From a virus (lineage: Duplodnaviria > Caudoviricetes), in the IMG/VR virus record IMGVR_UViG_3300028887_000080, positions 32,001 to 96,000 of that record: a stretch of 64,000 nucleotides of DNA; one strand, 5' to 3'. Of this stretch, positions 26,564 to 35,952 are shown one piece after another. Position 1 is the first letter of the stretch; every line of letters begins with the position of its first letter. The notes under the pieces were generated by a model. That model ran no database searches and was not told the origin of the DNA. It saw nothing but the letters and a program-made list of their open reading frames with translations. The position numbers and the translations under genes are program-made.

Positions 26564-29464
26564 TTATTTTTTGTTTTGACGTGATTTTGGTTGTGATGAA
26601 ATCAAGACTTGCATATTGTCTTTCGGATGGTTTTTGCCGAAGTCAATCAAAATCTTCGTGTATTCTGGTTTCGAGTTTGTGTTCATCAGGTCGCAGTATG
26701 CGTATATGCCTGCGATGAGGTTCACAACTCTTCCGCCGTCCGCTTGGTCTGAATAGTTGTTCTCAAGGAACTGTATGATTTTTTCGAGTTCATACGGCGG
26801 GATTGGCTTGCGTATGCTGTATCTGTTTTCAATTTCTTTTCTCAATGTGTTGGTGCATACGACTGCTGTTGCATCGACCTGCATAGTCGGGTTCTTTATG
26901 ACATCGTCGTAGTCGAGGTCGAAGAATGCGCCGTTCACATTGTCGAGGTATGCACTTACATAGTCGTCTGCGATGTTTGCAGGAAGGTACATACCGACGA
27001 TACGGCGGAAGATGTTCGTTCCCTTGAGTTGGTCGTACGTTTTCACACCCTGTCGTTTGCATTCCCTGTTGAGTGCCGCGATGCAGTTAGTCCAGTTTCT
27101 CGGAGTGCATTTTCTCACACCCTTTCTGTCTCGCAATGCCTCTGGGTCGATGTTGTGCCAACGTGACTTCGGACCGTCTGCGTCGAATTGGAGGTATTGG
27201 AGGGTGAAGTCGTCGAATCCGCCTTTGTCCTTTGCCCATTTGCGCCATTCTTGGAATTTCGGCACAAAGTTGCAGGCACAGGTTCTGTCTGAAAGTGCGG
27301 CAGGCATTCTCTCGAAGTTTTCCTCAACTTTAAGGTCGTCCGTAGGACGGTTGGAACATCCCATACAGAACCATTTTGAACCGAGTTTGTAACCTGACGC
27401 CGTTTCACGTTCCATCATAATCTGGGCGATGCCGAACAGTGTGTCGGGGTCGCAACGCAGGAACTCGTCGAAGATGATGATTCCGCCACCGCCGCGCACT
27501 TCAGTTTTAATGAGATTTTTGTTTTCATCGTAAATGGCGTTGACGTGTCCGTTTGCGACGTCGTTTCTAACCTTGTCGGTTTCATCGTCGCCTGTCGGGA
27601 TGAACATCGGCAACCAAGTTTTCGGCGCGTCCGATGATTTGGCACTGACGATTTTCACCAATTCGCTTGTCTTTGTAATGCCTGTTGCTTTCATCCATCT
27701 TTGAATGACAGGGTTGTTCGCTGCTTCGGCGATGTTGTTTTCGTCTATTTTGACGGGCATAGGCATAGAAAGGTCGCCCGCCTGCAAGGATGAGCAGTCT
27801 ATTACGATGATTGACATCTTATCACCTTCGTCACCGCCGTTCTTTTCAATTTCCGCATTCACTTCTTTGATGATTGTCTTCGGGATTGTGGTCTTTCCGA
27901 TACCAGGCGCTCCCCATACGATGAACGGGTTTTCCTGCGACGCTCCGTATTTAACCACATCGTCGAGGCAGGTTCTGATATGTTCGGTGAGTTCTTCAGT
28001 GTTCCAATCGTCGAGGTCGATGTTGTAGTATTCTTGGTCGTCAATGTCATCCGTTGCGTGGAGACCGACACGTCTTTCGTTGACTTCGACGGATTCCTTG
28101 AGACTTCTGCGGGTTCCTTTCGGTTTGAACACTTCAAGGAATTTGATGAAGTTGCTGTATTCTTGACTTCCGTCTTTCATTTCTTCGTAATACCCCTGTT
28201 TGTCAGGATAGTTTACGCCCTTTCCATATTCGGCATATACACCGTTGATTGGATTTTCTTTGAGAGATGTCACGATGTTTTGAGGAAGGTTGGCGCCGAA
28301 CAAGTCCATAGTCTTGTCGAATAACATTATGAAACCGTCTTTCAGTTTGATACCGACGCTTTTCAAAGATTCTTTGATTTTATTGAATGCTTTTTTGGCG
28401 AAATCACCGATTTTGCCTTCGTTCACACCGTAGCGTTCGTTAATGAACTGTGATGTTGACATCACATATTTGTTGTTGCTTTCTTCCTGTTTCATTGCTG
28501 CTTGAAGTCTATATTGTTTGTTTTGTTGAAGTTTTTGTTTCATTTCATCCGGGTTTCCGAATATGACTTGGAAATGTTTCTTTCCTACTTCTGCGTCATC
28601 CGACGCGGACTGCCCGATTATGGGAAGGTATCCAAGTTGCGGGTTTATTGTATCTTCCCATCCGTCGATTATGTATTGCTTGTCGAAATCGCAGGCACAG
28701 AACATATTTACAATGTTTGTCGCCCTTTTAAGTTCCCAATCCTTGATGCTGTCATTGTTGAATGTCGATTTATAGAACATACCTTCAAAGATTGTTCCTT
28801 TCGACACGTTCCAATCGCTCAAGTCGACATTCGGGAGGTCTTTGAAAGCAAAGACCGCGGTAAAGTCCCTGACGTCTGTCACATCGAACAATGAATACGG
28901 AAGTATTGCGTCTTGGGTTGTGAGTCCAGGATATTCTCCGTTGATGAGCATATTGTATGTCAAATCCGATGCGTAGTTGATGTCGTCATAGTCGCCTTTT
29001 ATGTATGCGCTTCCGTTTTTGTCGGTGTTGATGACGCGTTTTGATTGCTGCGGTGCCACTGTTGTGTTTCGCTTGCTTGTTGAATTTTGTTTTTTCACCT
29101 GCGACTTTTCAATGTCGTCCGTTGTGTTGTATTCCTTTTCGTCATCATCATCGTCATTTTCAGTTTCATCGTCAGGGATGTCGTCTTCAAATTCGGACAT
29201 TGCCTTCTGATAGTCGCTCCAAGCGTCCTCGTTGATTGGCTCCCCGAATGGTTTTGAGTTCAACATTTCATTGACAGAAACTGTCACTTCGTTTTCATTT
29301 TCTGAAATAAACTGCTCATACAGTTTTTTTATTTCTGAAAGCGGAAGGGTTTTGTCGATTTTCCCCCAAAAGTTCTCCGCCACGAACTTTGTGGCGTGTG
29401 ACATATTGTAGATGTTTGCGTTCATATCTTTGTCTTTATTATATTGTATGTTAAGGTTATTCAA
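26564..29464 (-). CDS. MoxR/dynein-related AAA+ ATPase with N-terminal BspA/DUF285-like repeats
   Basis: WGAPGIGKT, GGIIIFDEF.R, G.SNR..D, MPAALSDR, TPRNW; DLSDWNVS...FEGMF...FN...I.DW repeats. Confidence 0.85.
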   Translation of the reverse strand: MNNLNIQYNKDKDMNANIYNMSHATKFVAENFWGKIDKTLPLSEIKKLYEQFISENENEVTVSVNEMLNSKPFGEPINEDAWSDYQKAMSEFEDDIPDDETENDDDDDEKEYNTTDDIEKSQVKKQNSTSKRNTTVAPQQSKRVINTDKNGSAYIKGDYDDINYASDLTYNMLINGEYPGLTTQDAILPYSLFDVTDVRDFTAVFAFKDLPNVDLSDWNVSKGTIFEGMFYKSTFNNDSIKDWELKRATNIVNMFCACDFDKQYIIDGWEDTINPQLGYLPIIGQSASDDAEVGKKHFQVIFGNPDEMKQKLQQNKQYRLQAAMKQEESNNKYVMSTSQFINERYGVNEGKIGDFAKKAFNKIKESLKSVGIKLKDGFIMLFDKTMDLFGANLPQNIVTSLKENPINGVYAEYGKGVNYPDKQGYYEEMKDGSQEYSNFIKFLEVFKPKGTRRSLKESVEVNERRVGLHATDDIDDQEYYNIDLDDWNTEELTEHIRTCLDDVVKYGASQENPFIVWGAPGIGKTTIPKTIIKEVNAEIEKNGGDEGDKMSIIVIDCSSLQAGDLSMPMPVKIDENNIAEAANNPVIQRWMKATGITKTSELVKIVSAKSSDAPKTWLPMFIPTGDDETDKVRNDVANGHVNAIYDENKNLIKTEVRGGGGIIIFDEFLRCDPDTLFGIAQIMMERETASGYKLGSKWFCMGCSNRPTDDLKVEENFERMPAALSDRTCACNFVPKFQEWRKWAKDKGGFDDFTLQYLQFDADGPKSRWHNIDPEALRDRKGVRKCTPRNWTNCIAALNRECKRQGVKTYDQLKGTNIFRRIVGMYLPANIADDYVSAYLDNVNGAFFDLDYDDVIKNPTMQVDATAVVCTNTLRKEIENRYSIRKPIPPYELEKIIQFLENNYSDQADGGRVVNLIAGIYAYCDLMNTNSKPEYTKILIDFGKNHPKDNMQVLISSQPKSRQNKK

Positions 29465-31463
29465 AATCTTCTGTGTCCTTTCTTACGATTATCGAATCGC
29501 GGAGCGGTTCTCTCCAATCCCTTCCGCATTTGAAGTATTGTTCAAGCGTACCGCTTGTGAAAGTACCCCAGTTGACACTGACTTGCTCGTCATTCACCTT
29601 TGCCTCTTCAAATGTCTTTTCGATGATTTCGATGACTTCATCAACGCATTCAGGCGGAACAACCCAACCTTCATCGTTAGTGTCCCTTATCTGTATGAGT
29701 TTGTCCTTTATTTTAGACCAAATTGCAAGGACAGGAGGTGCGATTCTGACAAAATACGTCCTTCTTTTGATTGCTTCCCATTGACCGCCCATCATCTTTG
29801 CAAGTTCTTTCTGTGTCATATTCGTCATTATAATGAACCTGCTCATAACTTCGGTTTCATTTGGAACCTTGCGTTCAACCGTAGTTTGGTTCTCTTCGGT
29901 GTCATCGTCGGATGTGTGTCTTTTTGAAGAGCTTTTCGCTTTGTTTATTTTGCCAGGGCATTCTTTGAAGTATCTTTTTTTGCAGTTCATAATGTCGCCG
30001 TTTGTCACTTCACGCATACTGTAGAAACCTCCGCCGCCGCCTTCGTTTGCGTTCGGTGCCTCGATGGTCACAAAATCATCACCCTTTGCCTCAAGGACGT
30101 GCAGCCACAAAGACCGTTGGTATGCCGTTTTGAACAAGTCGGCTGTGTCGTCGAACACAAGAACCCTTCCGTTGTTATGGTATATGAAACTGTAGAGTTC
30201 CTTTGCGTTGCAGGCGCCGCTCCCCCTTTCTGCATAGTCTTTCACCTTTTTCAGACCCATACTGTCCTTGATGCTTTCCCAAGTGTAGGATTTTCCGATA
30301 CCGCCAGTTCCAGAAACAAAGACGGCTGAAGCACCGACGTGAAGGTCTTTGAGTTTTTCGGGTCTTGTCTTTTTGCAGAATTTCACAAGTTCCTCGATTT
30401 GGAAATGAAGTTCGTCCAAATCTTTGAAATATCTGTCCGTAAGTTTTTTGAACTGCTTGAAGTCCATATTGAAATATTGGAGCATAGACGTGTCTATTCC
30501 CCTGTATGTCGCAGGTGTCTGCAACTCTGTGATGTAGTTGCATTCTTGGACTTCAACTTCGCTGTGTTCTTCCGTTTCAACATCCATACCGAATTTGTCC
30601 ATATCAAATATGCAGCGTACTATTGCCGTGCAGGTTTCAAGACCAGCGCCTTTCCAACCTTTCGGTACGGATTCCAAATTTGCGATTATTCTTTTGTAAT
30701 CTTTCGCCTGATTGTCTTTTCTTTGGAAAATCTGCACCAAAATCGCAGGGTTCGTCACCTTTTCCTGTCTTATGATTTCTGCAAATTTCTTAATACCTTC
30801 AATGGTTACTGCGTCTGCGCTGACACGTCCCTCCCTTTCTTTTCCGTCAGTTCTTATGAACCTTTCAATCGGAGCGAATATATCGGATTTTTTTATTTCG
30901 CGATAATATTGCGAAGCGTTTGTGTATTCAAGTTTTTCATTGATTGAACCCTCGAAACCTGTATTGTTGTTTTCGTAAACACCTTTGAGATAAATGTCCG
31001 GATTGTTTATGATTTCAAACATAAACGAGAACATCCTGACAAGTCCCATTTTGTTTGAACTTACCGTATAGTCTGCGGTCTGCTCCTTTTTCGTGGTGTC
31101 GAATTTCGTATAATATCTTATGATTGCCGATGTTCCATTCTGTGTGGGCGATATTGAAACCGCGCTTTCGTCCTTTCCGCTGAAAACCAAAATGGTGTCA
31201 AGACCGTCAATGCTTTTGAAAAATGTGTGTGTGTATGCGTTCCAACCGCATTTTCTGTTTACAAGCGAAACAAATTCATCCGCGATTTTTTTCATTTTCG
31301 GATTGTCCGCAACAACGAGTTTGGGGTTCGTTTCACTCCCTGAATTGATGAAATCATTGAGTATGGTGTCAACGTCAACTCCGTCATCACCGTTCGCTTC
31401 CATAACAGGTTGTGTATAGTCGGCGAATTTTTTCGAGTCGATTATCTCTGAAAATTTTTTCAT
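29457..31463 (-). CDS. Second P-loop AAA+ ATPase
   Basis: GTGGIGKS Walker A, VLVFDD Walker B, FIIMTN sensor 1, AIKRR arginine finger. Confidence 0.8.
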   Translation of the reverse strand: MKKFSEIIDSKKFADYTQPVMEANGDDGVDVDTILNDFINSGSETNPKLVVADNPKMKKIADEFVSLVNRKCGWNAYTHTFFKSIDGLDTILVFSGKDESAVSISPTQNGTSAIIRYYTKFDTTKKEQTADYTVSSNKMGLVRMFSFMFEIINNPDIYLKGVYENNNTGFEGSINEKLEYTNASQYYREIKKSDIFAPIERFIRTDGKEREGRVSADAVTIEGIKKFAEIIRQEKVTNPAILVQIFQRKDNQAKDYKRIIANLESVPKGWKGAGLETCTAIVRCIFDMDKFGMDVETEEHSEVEVQECNYITELQTPATYRGIDTSMLQYFNMDFKQFKKLTDRYFKDLDELHFQIEELVKFCKKTRPEKLKDLHVGASAVFVSGTGGIGKSYTWESIKDSMGLKKVKDYAERGSGACNAKELYSFIYHNNGRVLVFDDTADLFKTAYQRSLWLHVLEAKGDDFVTIEAPNANEGGGGGFYSMREVTNGDIMNCKKRYFKECPGKINKAKSSSKRHTSDDDTEENQTTVERKVPNETEVMSRFIIMTNMTQKELAKMMGGQWEAIKRRTYFVRIAPPVLAIWSKIKDKLIQIRDTNDEGWVVPPECVDEVIEIIEKTFEEAKVNDEQVSVNWGTFTSGTLEQYFKCGRDWREPLRDSIIVRKDTEDFE

Positions 31464-31561
31464 ATCTTTGTGTTTATTTTTTTATTCAAAAACAAAAATG
31501 CGGCACATTGTGCCGCATATATTTATATGATTTGAAAATTCAGAGATATATCAGTGATATA

Positions 31562-32485
31562 TCAATCCTTTTTGGACTGCCTTCGCTCTGACAACCAATC
31601 CATATAGTCGTCAAGTGCTGTGGGACAGTATTTTTCGATGAGGTCTTTGCTCCACCATTGGAAGTGACCGCTCTGCGGCATAGGTTCGTTGAATGAAACC
31701 TCTATGCCCATTTCGTTGTAGAGTTCATCGAACCCCTCAAGACCGAAGTCGTATCCGAGTCTCGCCGCCACCATAAACTTTTGGATGAGGTCGAACAGTT
31801 TCGGTTTTGAGTTCTCGGAAGGAACGCCTCCGCAGTAGTAACGCCAATCGAGCATAAGTTTGTAGTCCTTCTGTGTATACTTCATCTGCGTGATATACTC
31901 GAACGCAAGTCCAAGTCTGTTGAGCATTTCCTTGTGCACTTTCGTCGCCTTGATGCTCCGCTCGACCGACGTGTTCAGGATTTTGTCGAACTCTTCGTCG
32001 TCGGTGCCCTCAAGTTCTATGTTCATATTCCTTGTCCATTCAGGTATCGGCATAGTGTCGTCGTATGAATTGATGACGCTGTCAAGGAACTTTTCCCTCA
32101 TACATTGGTCAAACATTTTCTGCTTGACGTTTTCTTCATACTTTTCCCTGTTCTTGTCTGTGAACTCGCCCATCCTAATTTTAGTCATAATGGTGACAAT
32201 TTCCTTGTACTGCTGTTTCGACACATTGATACCGAGCATATCGCTGACGGTCGTGTAATCCTCCTCCATAATGGCATTGGTCTCGTCAAGCATCGCCTGC
32301 ATCTCCTCAATGCCGACTTTGAGAAGGACTTGGACTTTCATACGCCAATCCATTTCGTCAGGAATACCGACCTTGTTGGACACGTCAAGGTATGCTTCCA
32401 TCGCCTTGGTAAGCCGTTTGTTTGTTTTTTTGTTTTCCTTTTTGTCTTTTTTATCTTTCATAGTATGGTTGTTTTGTTTATTCAA
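31562..32485 (-). CDS. Hypothetical protein
   Basis: 307-aa ORF on the coding strand. Confidence 0.7.
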   Translation of the reverse strand: MNKQNNHTMKDKKDKKENKKTNKRLTKAMEAYLDVSNKVGIPDEMDWRMKVQVLLKVGIEEMQAMLDETNAIMEEDYTTVSDMLGINVSKQQYKEIVTIMTKIRMGEFTDKNREKYEENVKQKMFDQCMREKFLDSVINSYDDTMPIPEWTRNMNIELEGTDDEEFDKILNTSVERSIKATKVHKEMLNRLGLAFEYITQMKYTQKDYKLMLDWRYYCGGVPSENSKPKLFDLIQKFMVAARLGYDFGLEGFDELYNEMGIEVSFNEPMPQSGHFQWWSKDLIEKYCPTALDDYMDWLSERRQSKKD

Positions 32486-32488
32486 AAA

Positions 32489-32920
32489 TCACTTGACAAA
32501 AGTCCTTTCCCCGTATAGATGCTTCAGCGACACAACAAGGTACAGTTTCATAGGAAACGATGATGAATAGTGGGGGTTTTTCATATATGCGCACACAGGC
32601 GCCTTGTCTGCAATGTCTTTGCCATAGGTCTTGACAACAGTCCCCTTTGAGACAAGTTCAAGTTTTTCCACATTTTCCCTGACAACTCTTGCAGCGTCGT
32701 TTCTTGCCTTTTTTGTATCCTTTTCGACAAATACACTTGTGAGAAGCATCCAACTTTTTTTCAACCTTTCGTTGGTTATGAGTATCTTGTCGTTTTCAAG
32801 GTCTGCAACTGCCATATATACTCCGACAGGCAACTCCATCAATTCATCCCTTCGCCATTTGTATTCTATGCAAATAACTTCTGATAATTGCTCTGCAAAG
32901 TCCGAATCGCTGAACCTCAT
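32489..32920 (-). CDS. Hypothetical protein (KNPHY..PMKLY motif)
   Basis: Start re-assigned to MRFSDSD at 32920 to avoid overlap with 32934..33449. Confidence 0.6.
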   Translation of the reverse strand: MRFSDSDFAEQLSEVICIEYKWRRDELMELPVGVYMAVADLENDKILITNERLKKSWMLLTSVFVEKDTKKARNDAARVVRENVEKLELVSKGTVVKTYGKDIADKAPVCAYMKNPHYSSSFPMKLYLVVSLKHLYGERTFVK

Positions 32921-32933
32921 TTCGGTTGTTTTA

Positions 32934-33449
32934 TTAGTTTCCTTTTCTGAATGTGATGTAGTCCCCTGAACTTTCCTTCGCGTCAAGTTCATTTTTGAAC
33001 GGAAGGTCGTCATAATCCATATTGTCGTTGTATGTATATACAACACTGCCGTCGCCGAAAAGATAGTTGAGCAATGTCTCTTTGGACTCAAGAACCGCTC
33101 CGACAAAGTTGCTTGTTCCGCCGCCGTGGTCAATGTAGTGCCAATCGCCGCTTTGCGGTTTTACAAACACCGCTTCGCAACCGTTTTCGGCAAGCGTGTT
33201 TTTGATAAAGTCCATACCCGTTGTGGTGATGTCTCCGATTACACACCCGTCCACACTGTACATTGCGGTGTAGAGATAGGAACCCCTTTCAACAGGTGTC
33301 GAAAGTTTTTCCACTTCCCATCCGTATTCACCCATATAAAATTCAAAGCATTTGGGGATTTCCATTTTTTGCGGTGCCGCGGCAATCGCGATTGTATGCA
33401 CTGAACTTGAATTGGTCTCGAAGACCGATTTTCTGATTTGCTGTTTCAT
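32934..33449 (-). CDS. 'FETNSSS' family protein
   Basis: N-terminus MKQQIRKSVFETNSSSVH; YIDH motif. Confidence 0.75.
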   Translation of the reverse strand: MKQQIRKSVFETNSSSVHTIAIAAAPQKMEIPKCFEFYMGEYGWEVEKLSTPVERGSYLYTAMYSVDGCVIGDITTTGMDFIKNTLAENGCEAVFVKPQSGDWHYIDHGGGTSNFVGAVLESKETLLNYLFGDGSVVYTYNDNMDYDDLPFKNELDAKESSGDYITFRKGN

Positions 33450-33470
33450 AATTTAACGGAATTTAATAGT

Positions 33471-34004
33471 TTAACTGTGATAATAGTTGCCGATGATATG
33501 AATGCCCTGTTCTGTGGAATCGTGCTCGAACGGTGAATCGCAGTCGTTGTTCCTGATGTAACTGTTGTAGAACTCGTCGTATGTCATCCACATCCCGTCG
33601 TCAATGCTCATTTCGGTTTCCTTGTAAAGGTCAAGACCCATATTTTTCCATTTCGCGGTTTCACTGTTGTAGTGTTTTTCCTCGAATGTATAGCAATCGT
33701 AGTCTTTGTCGCGGTTCTCGAAACTTTTTTTGTATAGTTCGAGCGATTTCACCCGTTCGTCCACGATTTTCTGCAACAATAACGCATTCTCCATTGCCGC
33801 ACTGCTGTTGTCTTCGGTGAACTCAAGTTCGTACATATAACTCCAAAAGTTCCCCCAAGTGTTGATGTCCTCACTGTGTGCCTTCACACGGGCGAGAAGG
33901 TCGCCGTTTTTCCACTTTCGGTAGTTTTCACGGTTCATCAACACAAGCGAGTGCTCGCTTGATGAGTTCGTTTCAAATATGCCGTTTCTGACCTTCGTTT
34001 TCAT
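33471..34004 (-). CDS. 'FETNSSS' family protein (paralog)
   Basis: N-terminus MKTKVRNGIFETNSSSEH. Confidence 0.75.
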   Translation of the reverse strand: MKTKVRNGIFETNSSSEHSLVLMNRENYRKWKNGDLLARVKAHSEDINTWGNFWSYMYELEFTEDNSSAAMENALLLQKIVDERVKSLELYKKSFENRDKDYDCYTFEEKHYNSETAKWKNMGLDLYKETEMSIDDGMWMTYDEFYNSYIRNNDCDSPFEHDSTEQGIHIIGNYYHS

Positions 34005-34007
34005 AGT

Positions 34008-34916
34008 TTATTTCTTTTGGTTGTTTGCAGATTGTTTTCTGACATCGTTGAACATTTCAACGACATCCATATTTCCGATTGGTTTTCTTTCTGTGGACAA
34101 TGAGTTCATCGCATACTCGTTCTTCACGAGGTCTGCATAGAAGGTGTAGTTGCCGTCGTCTCCCATATAGAACTCCTCCCATTCCTTGTCGGACATAATG
34201 CGCTTCACGTCCAACTGCTTTATGGCAAGGTTGTCAAAACTGACCACCTTGAACCACTCGGTCATTTTCGGAAGGACTGTATAGAGGTACATCCTGTTCG
34301 CCTGCATCTCGTCCGCGTTCTCCTCCTTGAAGGACACCCCGCGACCCAAGTCTTTGTAACCGAGTATGAGGATTTTTATTCCCCTGTCCTTCAATTTGTC
34401 AATGTCCGTCTTTGACAGCACGCCGCAGATGGTGTGCAGCACGCAGTTCTTCAACTGTGACATCATATCAATCAGTTCGTCATTCGCCTCAACCAATGAA
34501 ACCCCGATTCCGTACAGTAGGTTTCTTTCCTGAAAGTCCTTTATCTTTTCAAGGTTGTTCGCCAACTGCTTTTGGTTGACCGTGATGTTGGTGATGATGT
34601 GCTTTCCTTTCAGGAACACAAGAAGTTCCTCAAGTTGGGGATGGTTCATATCGTTTCCGTTCAGAGCGAGTTCCGTGTACGGGCGCAGTGAATTTAGAAA
34701 CCTGCTGTTGAAGTCAATGCGTGAGTGTTCCCCGTTCGGCGTGCAGTTCTCATAACAAAATTGGCAACTGATTTGGCAGTTGTCTGTAATTTTTACGTCA
34801 ATGTTCTCTGGAAATTCGGGGACAAACTCATCATCCTCCGTGCGGCGGATTTTTGTGCCGTCATCATAGATGGTCACACGATAGTTTCCGTTCTTGTATG
34901 CTCCAAGTCTTTTCAT
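34008..34916 (-). CDS. Radical SAM enzyme
   Basis: DVKITDNCQISCQFCYE (CxxxCxxC); NITVNQ; SFDNLA. Confidence 0.9.
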   Translation of the reverse strand: MKRLGAYKNGNYRVTIYDDGTKIRRTEDDEFVPEFPENIDVKITDNCQISCQFCYENCTPNGEHSRIDFNSRFLNSLRPYTELALNGNDMNHPQLEELLVFLKGKHIITNITVNQKQLANNLEKIKDFQERNLLYGIGVSLVEANDELIDMMSQLKNCVLHTICGVLSKTDIDKLKDRGIKILILGYKDLGRGVSFKEENADEMQANRMYLYTVLPKMTEWFKVVSFDNLAIKQLDVKRIMSDKEWEEFYMGDDGNYTFYADLVKNEYAMNSLSTERKPIGNMDVVEMFNDVRKQSANNQKK

Positions 34917-34926
34917 ATTACTGTTG

Positions 34927-35934
34927 TTAAATGGATAATTCCGAAATTGTATAATGTCCTATAATCTCTATTGCGTATGGGGGTATGTTGTCCGCAGAAA
35001 AAACGGACAGCGGTGCAAAATTGTAGTCTATTGAAAAGTTCACGTTATTCGGTATTTTTGATATGTCAATCCTGTAAAACGTATATTCCTTGTCATTCAC
35101 ATAGGGTGTCCTGCTTTTTGTCTTTCCTGCATACAGCATATCCGCCACACTTTGCAGACCTTCATTTATGTTTATGATTTCCTCATTCAGCATATACACT
35201 CTGTCTGGGTATCCGAACTGCTCGTTCTTTGATTTCGGAACGAGTCCGTTTTTCAGTATTTTGTGTTCCTTTGAAGTGGGTGAAACGTGATACAGATATG
35301 TCTGTTGTCTTATTTTGTCATTTATGAACTCCTGTACCCTCTGCTCATATTGCAGCACCACCCATTCGTCCATATTTCCGATTTTGGGAAACAATGCTTT
35401 CACATCAACATTGCACGAGCGGTAATAACCGAAACACTTCATAGATTCGTCCATAAGAAGGATGTTGTCGTTAATGTTCGGTATTATTGCAAGGACATAG
35501 GTGTATGTGCCGTCAGGGTTCTGCGGTGTCTGTATCTGCCAATCTTCAAGGTCATAGAACGGAACTATTGCATTGTATGCGTTGATTGCCGACGCGGATA
35601 TGTTCAGCACCCATTTTGCATTTCCGTCCAACACCTGTCGGATTTGTTTCGGCAACACCTTGTATTTGATGGACGGTTCGTATTTTTTGGATATGTGTTT
35701 CTTTACCGATATTGGTTTCAATGATGAGGTCACACCTTCAAGAAGACATTTGTCGTTACCTATATTCCCACTCAAAGGATTTCCGAACACCTTGTGCGTG
35801 TTGAATACAGAGAGGTCTTTCGTCTGTTTCACGATTACCTCTGTCGGTATTTGCGCAAGGTCATTCTGCGTGATTGCAGAAGAAATCACAGCATTCACAT
35901 CATAGTATTCGTTTATTCTTTTTATGTGTTCCAT
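34927..35934 (-). CDS. Protein with C-terminal ADP-ribosyltransferase/Tpt1-like domain
   Basis: YLYHVS....KILKNGLVP....YPDRVY...YRID...NIPP. Confidence 0.55.
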   Translation of the reverse strand: MEHIKRINEYYDVNAVISSAITQNDLAQIPTEVIVKQTKDLSVFNTHKVFGNPLSGNIGNDKCLLEGVTSSLKPISVKKHISKKYEPSIKYKVLPKQIRQVLDGNAKWVLNISASAINAYNAIVPFYDLEDWQIQTPQNPDGTYTYVLAIIPNINDNILLMDESMKCFGYYRSCNVDVKALFPKIGNMDEWVVLQYEQRVQEFINDKIRQQTYLYHVSPTSKEHKILKNGLVPKSKNEQFGYPDRVYMLNEEIININEGLQSVADMLYAGKTKSRTPYVNDKEYTFYRIDISKIPNNVNFSIDYNFAPLSVFSADNIPPYAIEIIGHYTISELSI

Positions 35935-35952
35935 AATTGAATATAATAAAAA

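Noticed and set aside
32921-33133. N-terminal extension of the 32489..33133 ORF
   Set aside because: It overlaps the FETNSSS gene in another frame; the real start is more plausibly 32920.
34933-34943. ggataattccg as another transposon TIR
   Set aside because: Only 11 bp, inside a coding end, with no partner TIR or TSD.
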